64,000 nucleotides of DNA from Novakomyces olei (taxonomy: Eukaryota): contig JADEYG010000004.1 of the NCBI GenBank assembly GCA_016906335.1, positions 434,001 to 498,000 of the forward strand, written 5' to 3'. Numbering within the stretch: position 1 is the first letter of the stretch; every line of letters begins with the position of its first letter. The notes below the pieces were generated by a model. The model did no database searches and had not been told where the DNA came from. It worked only from the letters and a program-made list of their open reading frames with translations. Made by a program: the position numbers and the translations under genes. Below are positions 63,995-64,000 of the stretch, in pieces.

Positions 63995-64000
63995 ATCTTA

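Overview
This is eukaryotic DNA: a gene-dense, intron-rich ascomycete fungal chromosome segment using the standard code (CTG sits at conserved Leu positions). Introns are mostly short (35-360 nt) with the branch point close to the 3' AG, and a Homol E/Homol D-like ribosomal protein promoter is present. Together these suggest an early-diverging lineage (Taphrinomycotina-like or Lipomycetaceae-like; inference only). About 35 protein genes can be reconstructed by splicing. Most are conserved housekeeping genes (Eme1, Ulp1, Rpt6, PI31, Vps24, Pga2, Spb4, Ppg1, Nedd8, Apl6, Rdi1, Mrp2, Tom20, Bub3, Ypt6, Opi10, Ynd1, Lcl3, Bna2, Ras, Cox9, Sco1, Irc22, eIF3f, Sec65, Dia4, Prp18, Rps24). Cox9 and Nedd8 are missing from the ORF track. 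I found no CRISPR array, rRNA, tRNA or intact transposon, and I cannot support a new multi-gene system. The best leads are: (1) a leaderless, cysteine-depleted GILT-family thiol reductase; (2) functionally matched head-to-head pairs (Rpt6/PI31, Cox9/Sco1, Mrp2/Tom20); (3) the six longest microsatellites all sitting in divergent promoters; (4) an ~90 nt multi-stem ncRNA candidate; (5) a Mutator-derived FAR1-type transcription factor; (6) small orphan ORFs; (7) unusual splicing (AAG/GAG acceptors, a GC donor, a 9-nt microexon). Gene identities come from motif recognition, not database searches.
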